From the IMG/VR virus record IMGVR_UViG_3300042564_006100, positions 39,828 to 103,827 of that record: DNA of 64,000 nucleotides. The stretch is one strand, 5' to 3'. This document shows, piece after piece, positions 1 through 9,508 of the stretch. The notes under the pieces are model-generated. The model worked only from the letters and a program-made list of their open reading frames with translations. It made no database searches and was not told the origin of the DNA. A program made the translations under genes and the position numbers. Numbering within the stretch: position 1 is the first letter of the stretch; each line of letters opens with the position of its first letter. This DNA comes from a virus.

Positions 1-521
1 GTGTATCTGGCGGTGGAAACCTCGTCGCGACGCGGGAGCAGGATGTGGACATTGACCGCCTGAACGTCGGGGAGCTTCTCCAACACGCCCAGCGCGTAGC
101 ACTGCATCTGAACGTTTTCCTCGGCATCGGCCACCGGGTTGCGGCCGAATTTGAAGTCAATCAGGTCAGCGACGGTGCCTTTGGCTGAAACCATCACGAG
201 GTCGGCAGTGCCGAAGGTGAGTCGGCTAGCGATTTCGAGCTTCACCTCACGCATGATCATGACCTCGCCATGGACACGGGCATCAGCCTCGATGCTGGCA
301 GCATAGTCGCGGCACATGCCGACGACCTGGAGCTGCTCGTCATCAAGCCCGTCGTCGTTGCCGGTTTCAAGGGCGAGGTGGCAACGGGTGCCTTCCTCGC
401 TCGCCACCGATGGAGTGGAGTCGGATCGATAGCCCGGGCAGACTTCTTTGAGTGCGAGCGAACTTGGCGAGTGTTCGGCATGGGGCCGATCCTCGGCGGG
501 GGCGGTGATGATCTCAGTCAT
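1..521 (-). CDS. DUF2800-like PD-(D/E)XK (Cas4-like) nuclease, runs off window edge
   Basis: Hand translation from ATG 521 (overlaps helicase stop): HAEHSPSSL...EEGTRCH...TFGTADLV...IDFKFG...QMQCYALG; paralogous to 56767-57771. Confidence 0.8.
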   Translation of the reverse strand, partial: MTEIITAPAEDRPHAEHSPSSLALKEVCPGYRSDSTPSVASEEGTRCHLALETGNDDGLDDEQLQVVGMCRDYAASIEADARVHGEVMIMREVKLEIASRLTFGTADLVMVSAKGTVADLIDFKFGRNPVADAEENVQMQCYALGVLEKLPDVQAVNVHILLPRRDEVSTARY

Positions 522-1858
522 ACCATCTCCTGCGCTACCGGCATTTGAAGTTGGCCCTGCAAATCTCCGTCGTTGAGGGTGTCGATCTGAGCGAGCTTCG
601 TTGCGACAGCATCACAGGCATCCTCCTCACAGGTTCCGGCAGCAAAGACGATGCGCTGAATTGAATGAGCACCACCCGCACGATGGACGCGACCGAGGGC
701 CTGTCTAAGATCCTGCGCGGAATACGTGGGCGAAATAAGCGAAAGCCTCGGTTTCCCACACGTCGGGTCATGCAAACTCACACCCACTCCACCGGCGCGG
801 ATATTGCACACGATGAAATCCTCCTCGTTGTTCTGGAAACTAAAAATCGCCCGTTGGCGTTCCGATTCTTTTTGGTTTCCACGAATGACGCAGGTGGTCC
901 CCAAAGCCTTCGCAACCTCATCGATCGTCGAGTCAAAGTTGACGAAAATGGCGACCGACATCCCTTCTTCGACGCCATCCTTGGCCATCGCGACAATCGC
1001 TTTTGTTTTAAGCGACTCAATCTCTTGCCGTGCCCGCAGGAGGATCGTTAGGTGGTTCGCTTTGGAAGCGTCCATCTGGTTGGCGAGATCATCCAATTCC
1101 TGATCGTCCTCAACAGCCATTGCCCGATTGAGGTCTCTCTTCATTCGATCATAGACCGCCTGAATTTTCCGCTCCGCGCCGGTGTCCACTGGCTCGGCGA
1201 TGATCTGGGTTTTAGGGAACTCAGGAATATCCGCGATCCTGAGACGAGAGCCGGGGCCTCCAGGCCTGAAGATTCGCCCGTGCAGCTGCTCCAAGGCATA
1301 AAGGTCGCCGTCAAACTCCATGCCGAACCGCCCCTTCGACACCCCATGGCGGGTCGCCCAGCCCCAGTAATCGAAAACACGATGAAGTCCGAGGGCGTAG
1401 CCGATCGCCCGCATCTCAAGCGGGTTGGACGCCGCTGTCGCCGAGCACATGAGAAGCCGAAGACCCTGGCGCTTCGCGCCGATCAGCATTTCAGCGGCCT
1501 TGCTGCTGCGCGCCTTGCACCGCTGTGCTTCGTCAAACACGACTAAGGTGTTCGGCGGGACCGACCAGATGAATTGGTCGCCAACGAAGCGCCCATAGGG
1601 GGTCTTCCCGAGCCGGATCTGCTCATAGTTGGTGATCGCGACAACCGGAGCGCCGAAGGCAGCGGCCACCTTTCGCCACGCAGGAAGGACGGCTTTCGGT
1701 GCGACCACGAGCAGGGAGTATCCGCCCTCCCTCGCGACGTGTGCCGTGACGTAGGTTTTTCCGACTCCCGGATCGCTCGCGTCGAGCGCAACACGGTTCT
1801 GGCGGACGGATTCAAGGACACGCTTTGCGTGCTGTATTTGGAATGGTAGTAGGTCCAT
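518..1858 (-). CDS. SF2 (SNF2-like) helicase
   Basis: GVGKT Walker A, FDEAQ, SATA, GGVGVSL, QALGRVHR. Confidence 0.85.
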   Translation of the reverse strand: MDLLPFQIQHAKRVLESVRQNRVALDASDPGVGKTYVTAHVAREGGYSLLVVAPKAVLPAWRKVAAAFGAPVVAITNYEQIRLGKTPYGRFVGDQFIWSVPPNTLVVFDEAQRCKARSSKAAEMLIGAKRQGLRLLMCSATAASNPLEMRAIGYALGLHRVFDYWGWATRHGVSKGRFGMEFDGDLYALEQLHGRIFRPGGPGSRLRIADIPEFPKTQIIAEPVDTGAERKIQAVYDRMKRDLNRAMAVEDDQELDDLANQMDASKANHLTILLRARQEIESLKTKAIVAMAKDGVEEGMSVAIFVNFDSTIDEVAKALGTTCVIRGNQKESERQRAIFSFQNNEEDFIVCNIRAGGVGVSLHDPTCGKPRLSLISPTYSAQDLRQALGRVHRAGGAHSIQRIVFAAGTCEEDACDAVATKLAQIDTLNDGDLQGQLQMPVAQEMV

Positions 1859-1952
1859 GTCCTCTCACTGCGGCGACCACCAACCGATTTGGCCCCTGAT
1901 GCTGGACAAAAATTGCACCCGCCTCGGTGGCCCGAAGCGGGTGCCGCAAGCG

Positions 1953-2528
1953 TCAAGCATCGCGCAGCCAGGCCATCGCGTGCTGGAGACGAGTCAAGCG
2001 GATGCGGGCCATCTTGCGTGATATCCCAAGATCACGAGCGGCTTCCGAGAGATTGCCGCCGCTTGCATCGAGCTTCTCAGCCATATCACGGAGTTCGCAT
2101 GGCAGATTCGCCAGAGCGTCATCCAGATCCATCGACATCTCACGGCGCTCGGGCCACGAAGCCGGCCGACCGAAGGCGACGTCGAACGCCTTTGCCAGAT
2201 CCATTAGATCAGAAAGGCACTCATTCTCGTCATCGGAATCTGAGGCAAAGTCGTTCATAGAGAACGCCACTTGCCGCCAGTCACGGCACGCCCGTTCCTG
2301 TCGGCGGAGCAGGTCTATCATCGCGTGTTTTACAATTTGGCAGACCGCAGCCTCCAAGATAGCTTCGTCCAAACCTTTCAGCGATCGCCACACCTTGAGA
2401 TGCAGCTCCTGCTCGATGTCTGGAACGTCCGAGGCAGTGAAGCCGTAACGTCCAATTAGTTTTTTTACTTCCCGTCCAATGACGGCGACGATGTGCGGGT
2501 CGAGGCCCGTGTAGTTGTTAGTTTTCAT
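1953..2528 (-). CDS. ECF/sigma-70-like factor
   Basis: DVPDIEQEL..KVW (region 2) and NLSEAARDLGISR (region 4 HTH); start MKTNN at 2528 lies 18 nt after TTGACA. Confidence 0.7.
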   Translation of the reverse strand: MKTNNYTGLDPHIVAVIGREVKKLIGRYGFTASDVPDIEQELHLKVWRSLKGLDEAILEAAVCQIVKHAMIDLLRRQERACRDWRQVAFSMNDFASDSDDENECLSDLMDLAKAFDVAFGRPASWPERREMSMDLDDALANLPCELRDMAEKLDASGGNLSEAARDLGISRKMARIRLTRLQHAMAWLRDA

Positions 2529-2600
2529 CCGGCCTGGGTGGCCGGGTGTCAAAAGGTGGTTGTTGGGATGGCGCGGATGGCGACTGTGCGGATGGTGCCG

Positions 2601-2661
2601 AAAACAAAAGGGCAGGCCGTCGTGGATCGCTTACTGCGACACCCACAACGACCTGCCCCTT
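2601..2661 (-). terminator. Long hairpin plus U-tract (terminator/attenuator) upstream of the sigma gene
   Basis: Minus-strand RNA GGGGCAGGUCGUUGUGG...CCACGACGGCCUGCCC-UUUUGUUUU; the mismatches become G-U pairs on this strand. Confidence 0.65.
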
Positions 2662-2708
2662 GGGCCCGGCCTATTGTCTGGTTAGTTAGATAATTTACGG
2701 ACTGATGA

Positions 2709-3029
2709 TTATGCAGCCACTTCGCGGATCATGCGAAACGGCAGGCCACCCTTGACTTCGAGCGTGAGGAGTTCACCGCTCCCGATTTTTTCGAGCTGCT
2801 GGAACAGCTCGACGTGCTCTTTCTTCATGACGAAGTCGGCCAGTCCCGCTTCACGGCGCGGCCCGTCTGCTGCGCCGAATTTGGTTTCGGCGATAATCTT
2901 GGCTCCCGGGCCGAACACCGGATCGCCGCTGACGACGGTGAGGTGGTCGATTCGGGAATACGGATACTCCTGCATGACGCGCAGGAGGTTTTGGCGTGCG
3001 GCAGAGAGGCCGCGGAATGATTGGTCCAT
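2709..3029 (-). CDS. Hypothetical protein
   Basis: 106 aa ORF in operon, AC-rich leader. Confidence 0.7.
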   Translation of the reverse strand: MDQSFRGLSAARQNLLRVMQEYPYSRIDHLTVVSGDPVFGPGAKIIAETKFGAADGPRREAGLADFVMKKEHVELFQQLEKIGSGELLTLEVKGGLPFRMIREVAA

Positions 3030-3121
3030 GTTGTTTTAGTGGTTAGGTTCGAATGGAGGCCGCGTTGTTGATAGACCCGTGTCCCGTGCGGCCTGCCTCG
3101 GGCCGGAACACGGGAAAGAGG

Positions 3122-3463
3122 TCACTCGGGGGAGCCGGGGAACTCGCGGCTCAGGTCTGCGGCGGCGCACTCACCCGCATCGGCGTCGTTTTCGTTGGCG
3201 AGGTCGGCCAACTGCCTGGCGCGCTCGTCTCCAGGTTGAGGACGATCCTCGCCCGAAAGCCAGGCGCGCACCTTGGCTGGAATAAACCGCACCATGCCAC
3301 CGACCAAAATTGCCGGGAGGCCTTGCTGGCGGAGGGTGAATACTTGACGCTCCGAGCAACGGAGGTATCTGGCAACGTCTGGGGTTGACCAGAGGACTTC
3401 GAGTGAATCAGGCGGATTTTTGCGGAAGTGGTTTGTAGGCTTCATGAATTTGCTGGGGTTCAT
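3122..3463 (-). CDS. Excisionase-like HTH DNA-binding protein
   Basis: WSTPDVARYLRCSERQV...GLPAILVGGMVRF. Confidence 0.75.
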   Translation of the reverse strand: MNPSKFMKPTNHFRKNPPDSLEVLWSTPDVARYLRCSERQVFTLRQQGLPAILVGGMVRFIPAKVRAWLSGEDRPQPGDERARQLADLANENDADAGECAAADLSREFPGSPE

Positions 3464-3472
3464 GGAGCTGGG

Positions 3473-3508
3473 CGGACAAACCGTGTCCGAATCCGGACAA
3501 ACCGTGTC
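3473..3508. promoter_or_regulatory. Tandem operator-like sites
   Basis: CGGACAAACCGTGTC at 3473 and 3494 (21-bp period), each with GGACA-N5-TGTC dyad symmetry. Confidence 0.6.
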
Positions 3509-3577
3509 TTTGTGAAAAAAAAGAGCGGCCGTAATGGCCGCCCTTTTTGAACTCGGGGGTAGATGGAAGCTGATTTC

Positions 3578-4852
3578 TCATGTCAGCCATTGCAGCCGTG
3601 GCTGCTCTTTTGGAGGCGAATAGCTGAAGCTTGTGCAGCGAATAATTGTTGTATCGAGGTGCCCTACCAAATCACCAAGGCTTGAATCCTTGTGTTGGAT
3701 TATCCAGCGATCTATTGATCTTTTCAGCGTTTCGGCTTCTTTGGTCACATCGTCATTCTCAAGTTTCACGATTCCCTTAAAATAATCGGAGAGTCGGTTG
3801 TTGCTGCAAAAGTCCTTCCACTCTTTTTCTGCTTCCTTATGTTCGCTACTGCCTTTACCAAAATCACTTTTGGCTCGTATCACTTCTTGCATGATTTCTC
3901 TCCCATCAGCCTGTTGCTCTGGCGTCAGATCCTTAATCGTTCTGGCGGAGGTTCCTTTTGATCTTTGATACGCTTGATCCGTGGTTTCCGCCTTACGGTT
4001 GAATAACCGGTCATCAGATGTGGCGTTCAATTGATTCGTGATCTCCGACGCTGTGAATTCTTTTCCGGGATTTCTGAGGAGTAACCAAATGCGATCCATA
4101 GCAACCCCATGCGGGAGAGCAACCGGAGTCGTCGTGTTGAAACCCACCTCCCAGGAATTCGAACCTTTGACTCTGCGGAAGAAGTATCCAGATTTCCTGC
4201 CCGCGCCCTCGTCAGGAAGTCGTGCCAGTTCGAGATCCAAACTCTCTTCGGTGGTAATCTGGTAAAGATTCTCCAGAAACAACCCCTGCTTTCCCAATCG
4301 CGACGCCTCGGGTGCGGCGACAGTATTCGTAAATGGCAGCAGAAGAAGGTGCTGATAGCCTGCTCCGTCGAGATCAAGCGTCCTGATCGCGGCTAACAAT
4401 TTTTCAGTTAAGGCCGGGCCTGGGTAGTAGAGGATACGAAAAAGCCTTCCACTTAGGGATGTCGTGCCAACTGTCCAGAGTTGCCCCTCCGTGCTGACCT
4501 CGCGTTCTGTGCCGCAGAGACGTGCGATCCACCTAGCCATCCCCTGATGGCTGAATCGGAGACGCTCTACTTCGGTCGCCTCAACCTTGATCCAGTCACG
4601 TCCCGGGTCTGACAGGTCTACCAAAAACAAGCCGCCAGCGGTTTTTCGGACCGCGACGCGCCCAAATAATGGGTGATCCATTTCTTCGGCCACTCCGATC
4701 TTCCCCAGAACCTTTTCAATACGGAGAAGATCGAAGCCAACCGGTGAAATTGCCTGCAACTCGGCAACAGTGAAGCACGGGCTGGTTGTTTGGCCTGCGC
4801 GATCAACAAGTAACCGCATCAGGCTCCGGAAGGAGGAGGACATTGGCGTCAT
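3578..4852 (-). CDS. Hypothetical protein with possible C-terminal winged-helix domain (start uncertain)
   Basis: 424 aa ORF; LLLRNPGKEFTASEI and LVGHLDTTII..SFSYSP resemble wHTH regulator tails. Confidence 0.65.
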   Translation of the reverse strand: MTPMSSSFRSLMRLLVDRAGQTTSPCFTVAELQAISPVGFDLLRIEKVLGKIGVAEEMDHPLFGRVAVRKTAGGLFLVDLSDPGRDWIKVEATEVERLRFSHQGMARWIARLCGTEREVSTEGQLWTVGTTSLSGRLFRILYYPGPALTEKLLAAIRTLDLDGAGYQHLLLLPFTNTVAAPEASRLGKQGLFLENLYQITTEESLDLELARLPDEGAGRKSGYFFRRVKGSNSWEVGFNTTTPVALPHGVAMDRIWLLLRNPGKEFTASEITNQLNATSDDRLFNRKAETTDQAYQRSKGTSARTIKDLTPEQQADGREIMQEVIRAKSDFGKGSSEHKEAEKEWKDFCSNNRLSDYFKGIVKLENDDVTKEAETLKRSIDRWIIQHKDSSLGDLVGHLDTTIIRCTSFSYSPPKEQPRLQWLT

Positions 4853-5960
4853 GAAGTTTTGAGATAATTTGAGAGGTGTCAGCCCCCCGTTTGAACTCGA
4901 TCTTGTTTGGCGAGGTGAGGATGACTTTACGGCGGCGGGTGACCCCGTCGACGGGCATTTTCAGGGTAACCCTTCGTATTGATGCCTGACGGACCGTATC
5001 CAAGCGCTGATCACGCCGCAGGATCTCAAGTATGTCGGAACCGGTGATACGGTAACGGGCCATCATCTCATCATGTGCCGGGGAGTAGTCCACTTCAGTG
5101 AGGAGAGTGCGATCCTCCAGCGCCTCAGGTAGATCTGGGTCTTCAGCAAAGAGCTCCGACAACTGCAGAATGGAAGACGCACCGGACCATTCATAGGCAC
5201 CCGGATCTGCAAGGAAGGACTCTGCAAATGCGCGCCGCATAGGATCGGTCAGCCGACCGTAACCGGAGCGAATGCCCAGCATGCCGGTGGCTGGTTCAAA
5301 AAGAGCGGCATCGAACTGGAGGTCCCTTGCCTCTTCCCTGGAAAGGCTAGGCGAGGTTTCCGTGCCGCTGAGTCGACGCTGGGCGCGAGGTGATTTCTCA
5401 AAATAAAACCCGATTGTGAACATCTCGGTATCCTCGAACCGGCGTAGTAAGATCCTGCGGCTGCCGAATTTACTGCCGCAGCTGGCGGCAATGAGGGTCC
5501 GAAACGTATTGGTGGCGGTATTCAAATCGGTGACCAGTGTGACGGGGCGGCAAGGTTTGAACATCTGCAGCGAATCGCATTTGCGCACCTCATCCAAGCT
5601 CAACGCCGTTTCAAAAAGGTCGCGCCGTGTGGAAAGAACGTGGAGTGCAAGGCATTCGGAGGTCAGACCAAGCGTGTACGGGCTGGACAAGCGTGAAGCT
5701 CGGAGAGCCGCTAGGATTTGATCGTGACCTTCAGGGGAGGTCATTTCCCACGCTTCCACCATACCAGACGTCAAAACGCGGTATTCCTCAGGAGAGCAGG
5801 TGCCCAGATGAGCTGAGAATGCGGCAGCGGAAACGACGGGTCGGGCCACTGTCAGGCCTGCGGCGGGTATGGATTGGAGGTATTCTTCGAGAATTTCCTC
5901 GTGCCCTGCAAGGGTATGAAGGAAAGCCTCATGGTCGAAGTGGTTCAGGTTACGTGACAT
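4803..5960 (-). CDS. Hypothetical protein
   Basis: About 385 aa from MSRNL; size and position mirror 60138-61289. Confidence 0.7.
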   Translation of the reverse strand: MSRNLNHFDHEAFLHTLAGHEEILEEYLQSIPAAGLTVARPVVSAAAFSAHLGTCSPEEYRVLTSGMVEAWEMTSPEGHDQILAALRASRLSSPYTLGLTSECLALHVLSTRRDLFETALSLDEVRKCDSLQMFKPCRPVTLVTDLNTATNTFRTLIAASCGSKFGSRRILLRRFEDTEMFTIGFYFEKSPRAQRRLSGTETSPSLSREEARDLQFDAALFEPATGMLGIRSGYGRLTDPMRRAFAESFLADPGAYEWSGASSILQLSELFAEDPDLPEALEDRTLLTEVDYSPAHDEMMARYRITGSDILEILRRDQRLDTVRQASIRRVTLKMPVDGVTRRRKVILTSPNKIEFKRGADTSQIISKLHDANVLLLPEPDAVTC

Positions 5961-6132
5961 TGTTTTGGTTATTTGCTTAGGGGCGACACGTCGCAACCGC
6001 AGGAACGTCCTGCGGTATAGCTTGCACCGCGCGACAGAATTTTCACGATTTTGCTTGAATGGTCAAATGGTTTCTGAAACTTTCCTTCCACAGTGCTCGC
6101 TATACTGCGTGCATCGATATCCAATCTCCCGC

Positions 6133-6741
6133 GTGAACCCCATCTACAAACACCCCACGATCAAGGATCTCGCACAGGTCCGGGCCGGCTACCAGACCCG
6201 GAAAGAGGTGAAATCCACCCCGACCGGGTCGCATGCCCTACTCCAAATCCGAGACTTCAACGACGAGCGCACCCGGATCGATCTCGAAAACATCGTTCGC
6301 ATTGAGCCGGGGGCAATCAACGAGGACCAAGTGCTCCGCGATGGAGACGTGATCTTCCTCTCGAAGGGCAGCAAGAATTTCAGCTTTGCGCCATCCTCTC
6401 TCCCTGAGCCCGCGCTGGCGGCATCATATTTTTTCATCCTCCGCCCGTCACATTCTTTATCCTCCGACTACCTCGCATGGTTCCTGAACCTGGAGAGCAC
6501 CAAAGACCACTTACGTAAATATGCGACTCAGGGCGCGCACATGTCTGTTGTTCGTCGGGACGTTCTCGAAAGCTTGGAAGTCCCACTGCCGGATTTGGAG
6601 ACCCAGCAAAAAATCGTCGAGCTTGCCACGCTTGCCGAACGGCAGCATGCGCTGCACGCGGAACTTGCGGAGAAGAAGAAGAGCCTAGCGACTGCCGCAT
6701 GCCTTAAAGCCGCCAAACAATCTACCAACCAAACACAATGA
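6133..6741 (+). CDS. Half-size (single-TRD) type I specificity-like subunit
   Basis: LRDGDVIF..KG, DYLAWFLN, LEVPLPDLETQQKIV; GTG start at 6133. Confidence 0.75.
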   Translation: MNPIYKHPTIKDLAQVRAGYQTRKEVKSTPTGSHALLQIRDFNDERTRIDLENIVRIEPGAINEDQVLRDGDVIFLSKGSKNFSFAPSSLPEPALAASYFFILRPSHSLSSDYLAWFLNLESTKDHLRKYATQGAHMSVVRRDVLESLEVPLPDLETQQKIVELATLAERQHALHAELAEKKKSLATAACLKAAKQSTNQTQ

Positions 6742-8246
6742 CCGACCAACAAATTAAAGACGAAATCTTCAACGTCGTGTGGAGTGCCTGCGATACCTTT
6801 CGCGGCGTCATCGATCCCAGTGGCTACAAGGACTACATCCTAACGATGTTGTTCGTGAAGTACCTGAGCGACGTCCGGAAGTCGAAGCTCGAAGAATACG
6901 AGGTGAAATACAAACGCGATCAAACCCGCATTGATCGGGCCATGTCCCGGGAGCGCTTCACTGTTCCCGAGGATTGCACCTTCGAGTTCATCTACTCCAA
7001 CCGTGATGACAGCAACATTGGCCAAGTCATCAACACCGTCCTAGAGAAAATCGAAGACGCCAACAAGGCCAAGCTCCACAACGTCTTCCGCAACATCGAC
7101 TTCAACAGCGAGTCCAACCTTGGTAAGACCCGCCAGCGCAACCAGCGACTCAAGACGGTGCTGGAGGACTTTGCGAATAAGAAGCTCGACCTTCGGCCCG
7201 AGCGCGTGGGCCACATGGACATCGTCGGCGACGTTTACGAATACCTGATTTCCCGGTTCGCGGCACAGGCTGGAAAGAAGGCTGGCGAGTTTTACACCCC
7301 GGCTGAGGTATCCGAGACCCTCGCCCGCTTGGTTGCCCCTCAGGACGGCGACCGCATTTGTGATCCAACCTGCGGGTCGGGCTCGCTCCTCGTCAAGGCC
7401 TCAAAGCAGGTCCCCACGAAGAACTTCTCGCTCTTCGGTCAGGAGATGAACGGTAGCACATGGGCGCTGTGCAAAATGAACATGTTCCTGCACGAAGTCG
7501 ATGCCGCACGCATCGAGTGGGAAGACACGATCCGCCACCCGATGCTAGTCGAGAATGACGCCCTGATGAAGTTTGACGTCGTCATCGCCAATCCACCTTT
7601 CAGTCTCGACAAGTGGGGGCAGGAGATCGCGGCCAGTGATCAATACGACCGCTTCCACGCCGGGATTCCACCGAAGAGCAAGGGCGACTGGGCCTTCATC
7701 AGCCACATGATTGCCACCGCGCTTGAGGGCAAAGGGCGAGTCGGCGTCGTCGTCCCTCACGGTGTCCTCTTCCGTGGCGGGCAGGAGGGAACGATTCGTC
7801 AATACATGATCGAGCAGAACTACCTTGCCGGGGTGGTCGGCCTGCCTAGTAACCTATTTTATGGAGCCGGAATCCCAGCGGCGCTACTGATCTTCGATAA
7901 GAGCCGAACGACCGGGGCGAAGGAGGACGTCTTCTTCATCGACGCCTCTCGCGAGTTCGAGCAGGGCACCAACCAGAACCGACTGCGGCCGCAGGACATG
8001 AACAAGATCGTCGAGACCTTCCAGAAGCGGACCGTCATCGACAAATACTCCTACCTCGCAAGGTTCGACGAGATCGCGGAGAACGACTACAACCTGAATA
8101 TCCCGCGCTACGTCGACACCTTCGAGCCCGAGGCAGAGATCGACATGGCGGAGGTACAGAAGGACATCGGTCACATCAAAAAGGAACTGGCCGAGGTTGA
8201 GGCGCAGATGGAAATTTACCTGGAGGAACTCGGATTCAAACCATGA
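6738..8246 (+). CDS. hsdM: Type I RM methyltransferase subunit
   Basis: GEFYTP, DPTCGSG, ANPPFS, YNLNIPRYV. Confidence 0.95.
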   Translation: MTDQQIKDEIFNVVWSACDTFRGVIDPSGYKDYILTMLFVKYLSDVRKSKLEEYEVKYKRDQTRIDRAMSRERFTVPEDCTFEFIYSNRDDSNIGQVINTVLEKIEDANKAKLHNVFRNIDFNSESNLGKTRQRNQRLKTVLEDFANKKLDLRPERVGHMDIVGDVYEYLISRFAAQAGKKAGEFYTPAEVSETLARLVAPQDGDRICDPTCGSGSLLVKASKQVPTKNFSLFGQEMNGSTWALCKMNMFLHEVDAARIEWEDTIRHPMLVENDALMKFDVVIANPPFSLDKWGQEIAASDQYDRFHAGIPPKSKGDWAFISHMIATALEGKGRVGVVVPHGVLFRGGQEGTIRQYMIEQNYLAGVVGLPSNLFYGAGIPAALLIFDKSRTTGAKEDVFFIDASREFEQGTNQNRLRPQDMNKIVETFQKRTVIDKYSYLARFDEIAENDYNLNIPRYVDTFEPEAEIDMAEVQKDIGHIKKELAEVEAQMEIYLEELGFKP

Positions 8247-9496
8247 GTGATCGGAACAAAAACAAGCCCGGCTATAAGGAGACCAAAGCTGGGTGGATGC
8301 CAAGCGATTGGCAGTGTCGAACCTTGGATTCGATAGCAACCCGCCTAACTGGGCATACCCCTGACAACAATGTTCCGGAGTACTGGAACGGTGGAGTAAA
8401 ATGGGTTTCTCTGGCCGACTCAGATCGTCTTGATCGAGGCTTGATTCTTAGCACCGACAAGGAAATCAGCGATCTGGGCATCAAGCACTCCTCTGCCCGT
8501 CGACTGCCATACGGCACGGTAGTTCTGTTGAGAGATGCTTCGGTCGGAAAGGTCGGGATTCTTGCTCAAGAAATGGCTGTTAGTCAGCACTTCGTGGCAT
8601 GGGTCTGCGGTGGAGAACTTGAGAACCGCTATCTCTACTACTGGCTATTGTCGCAACGGAGGCTTTTTGTTCGCGTGGCTGTAGGCACCACCATCGTCAC
8701 AATTGGAATGCCATTTTTCGCTAAGCTCACGGTGCCTGTGCCACCCCTGCCCGAGCAGATTGAAATCGCTGACATTCTCACCACCTGCGACGAGGTTATT
8801 GAGAAGACGAGCGCGCTGATAAACTCAAAGAAGCAGCAGAAAAAAACACTCATGCATCAACTACTCACCGGTAAGAAACGCCTGCCAAGGTTTGAGGGGG
8901 AGTGGACCAAGGTTGTGCTGGCTAATCTTTGCACACGACTGAAGGAGGTTGCAGAGAATCCCGATGGATACCCCGTTCTCAGTATTACAGCCAGAACTGG
9001 ATTCGTTTCCCAGGAAGATAAGTTCAGCCGCGTGATCGCGGGCAAGCAGGTTGAGAACTACGTTGTACTGAAGCGTGGAGATTTCGCTTACAACAAAGGA
9101 AACTCTTACCTGTATCCACAAGGCTGTGTCTATCAGCTATCAGAATACGATGAGGGTCTTGTTCCCAATGTTTTTTACTCATTCAGGCTCGATGAAGCGT
9201 GTGCGGATGCTGATTTCATCAAGCAGTACTTCCTTGCGGGCTTGCACAACAAGGATCTGTACCGCTGGATCAACTCCGGGGTGCGGAACAATGGATTGCT
9301 TAATTTGAACGCATCGGATTTTTTCAAACTGCCGATCAGTCTCCCACCACTGCCTGAGCAGAAAGCCATTGGAAATGTTTTCCGTGAGGCTGACACCGAG
9401 ATCAGAGCGCTCGATGCGAAGCTGAAGTCACTCAAGCAGCAGAAAAAAGCACTGATGCAAAAACTCCTCACTGGCCAAGTCCGCGTGAAGGTCTGA
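8243..9496 (+). CDS. hsdS: Type I RM specificity subunit
   Basis: Two TRDs, each followed by PPLPEQ and KK.LM..LLTG conserved helices. Confidence 0.95.
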   Translation: MSDRNKNKPGYKETKAGWMPSDWQCRTLDSIATRLTGHTPDNNVPEYWNGGVKWVSLADSDRLDRGLILSTDKEISDLGIKHSSARRLPYGTVVLLRDASVGKVGILAQEMAVSQHFVAWVCGGELENRYLYYWLLSQRRLFVRVAVGTTIVTIGMPFFAKLTVPVPPLPEQIEIADILTTCDEVIEKTSALINSKKQQKKTLMHQLLTGKKRLPRFEGEWTKVVLANLCTRLKEVAENPDGYPVLSITARTGFVSQEDKFSRVIAGKQVENYVVLKRGDFAYNKGNSYLYPQGCVYQLSEYDEGLVPNVFYSFRLDEACADADFIKQYFLAGLHNKDLYRWINSGVRNNGLLNLNASDFFKLPISLPPLPEQKAIGNVFREADTEIRALDAKLKSLKQQKKALMQKLLTGQVRVKV

Positions 9497-9508
9497 CCCC
9501 ACCAAATC

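Larger units (their letters stand above)
1..5960 (-). mobile_element. Right part of a second phage-like integrative element
   Basis: Nuclease, helicase, sigma and HTH genes co-oriented; left end outside window. Confidence 0.6.
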
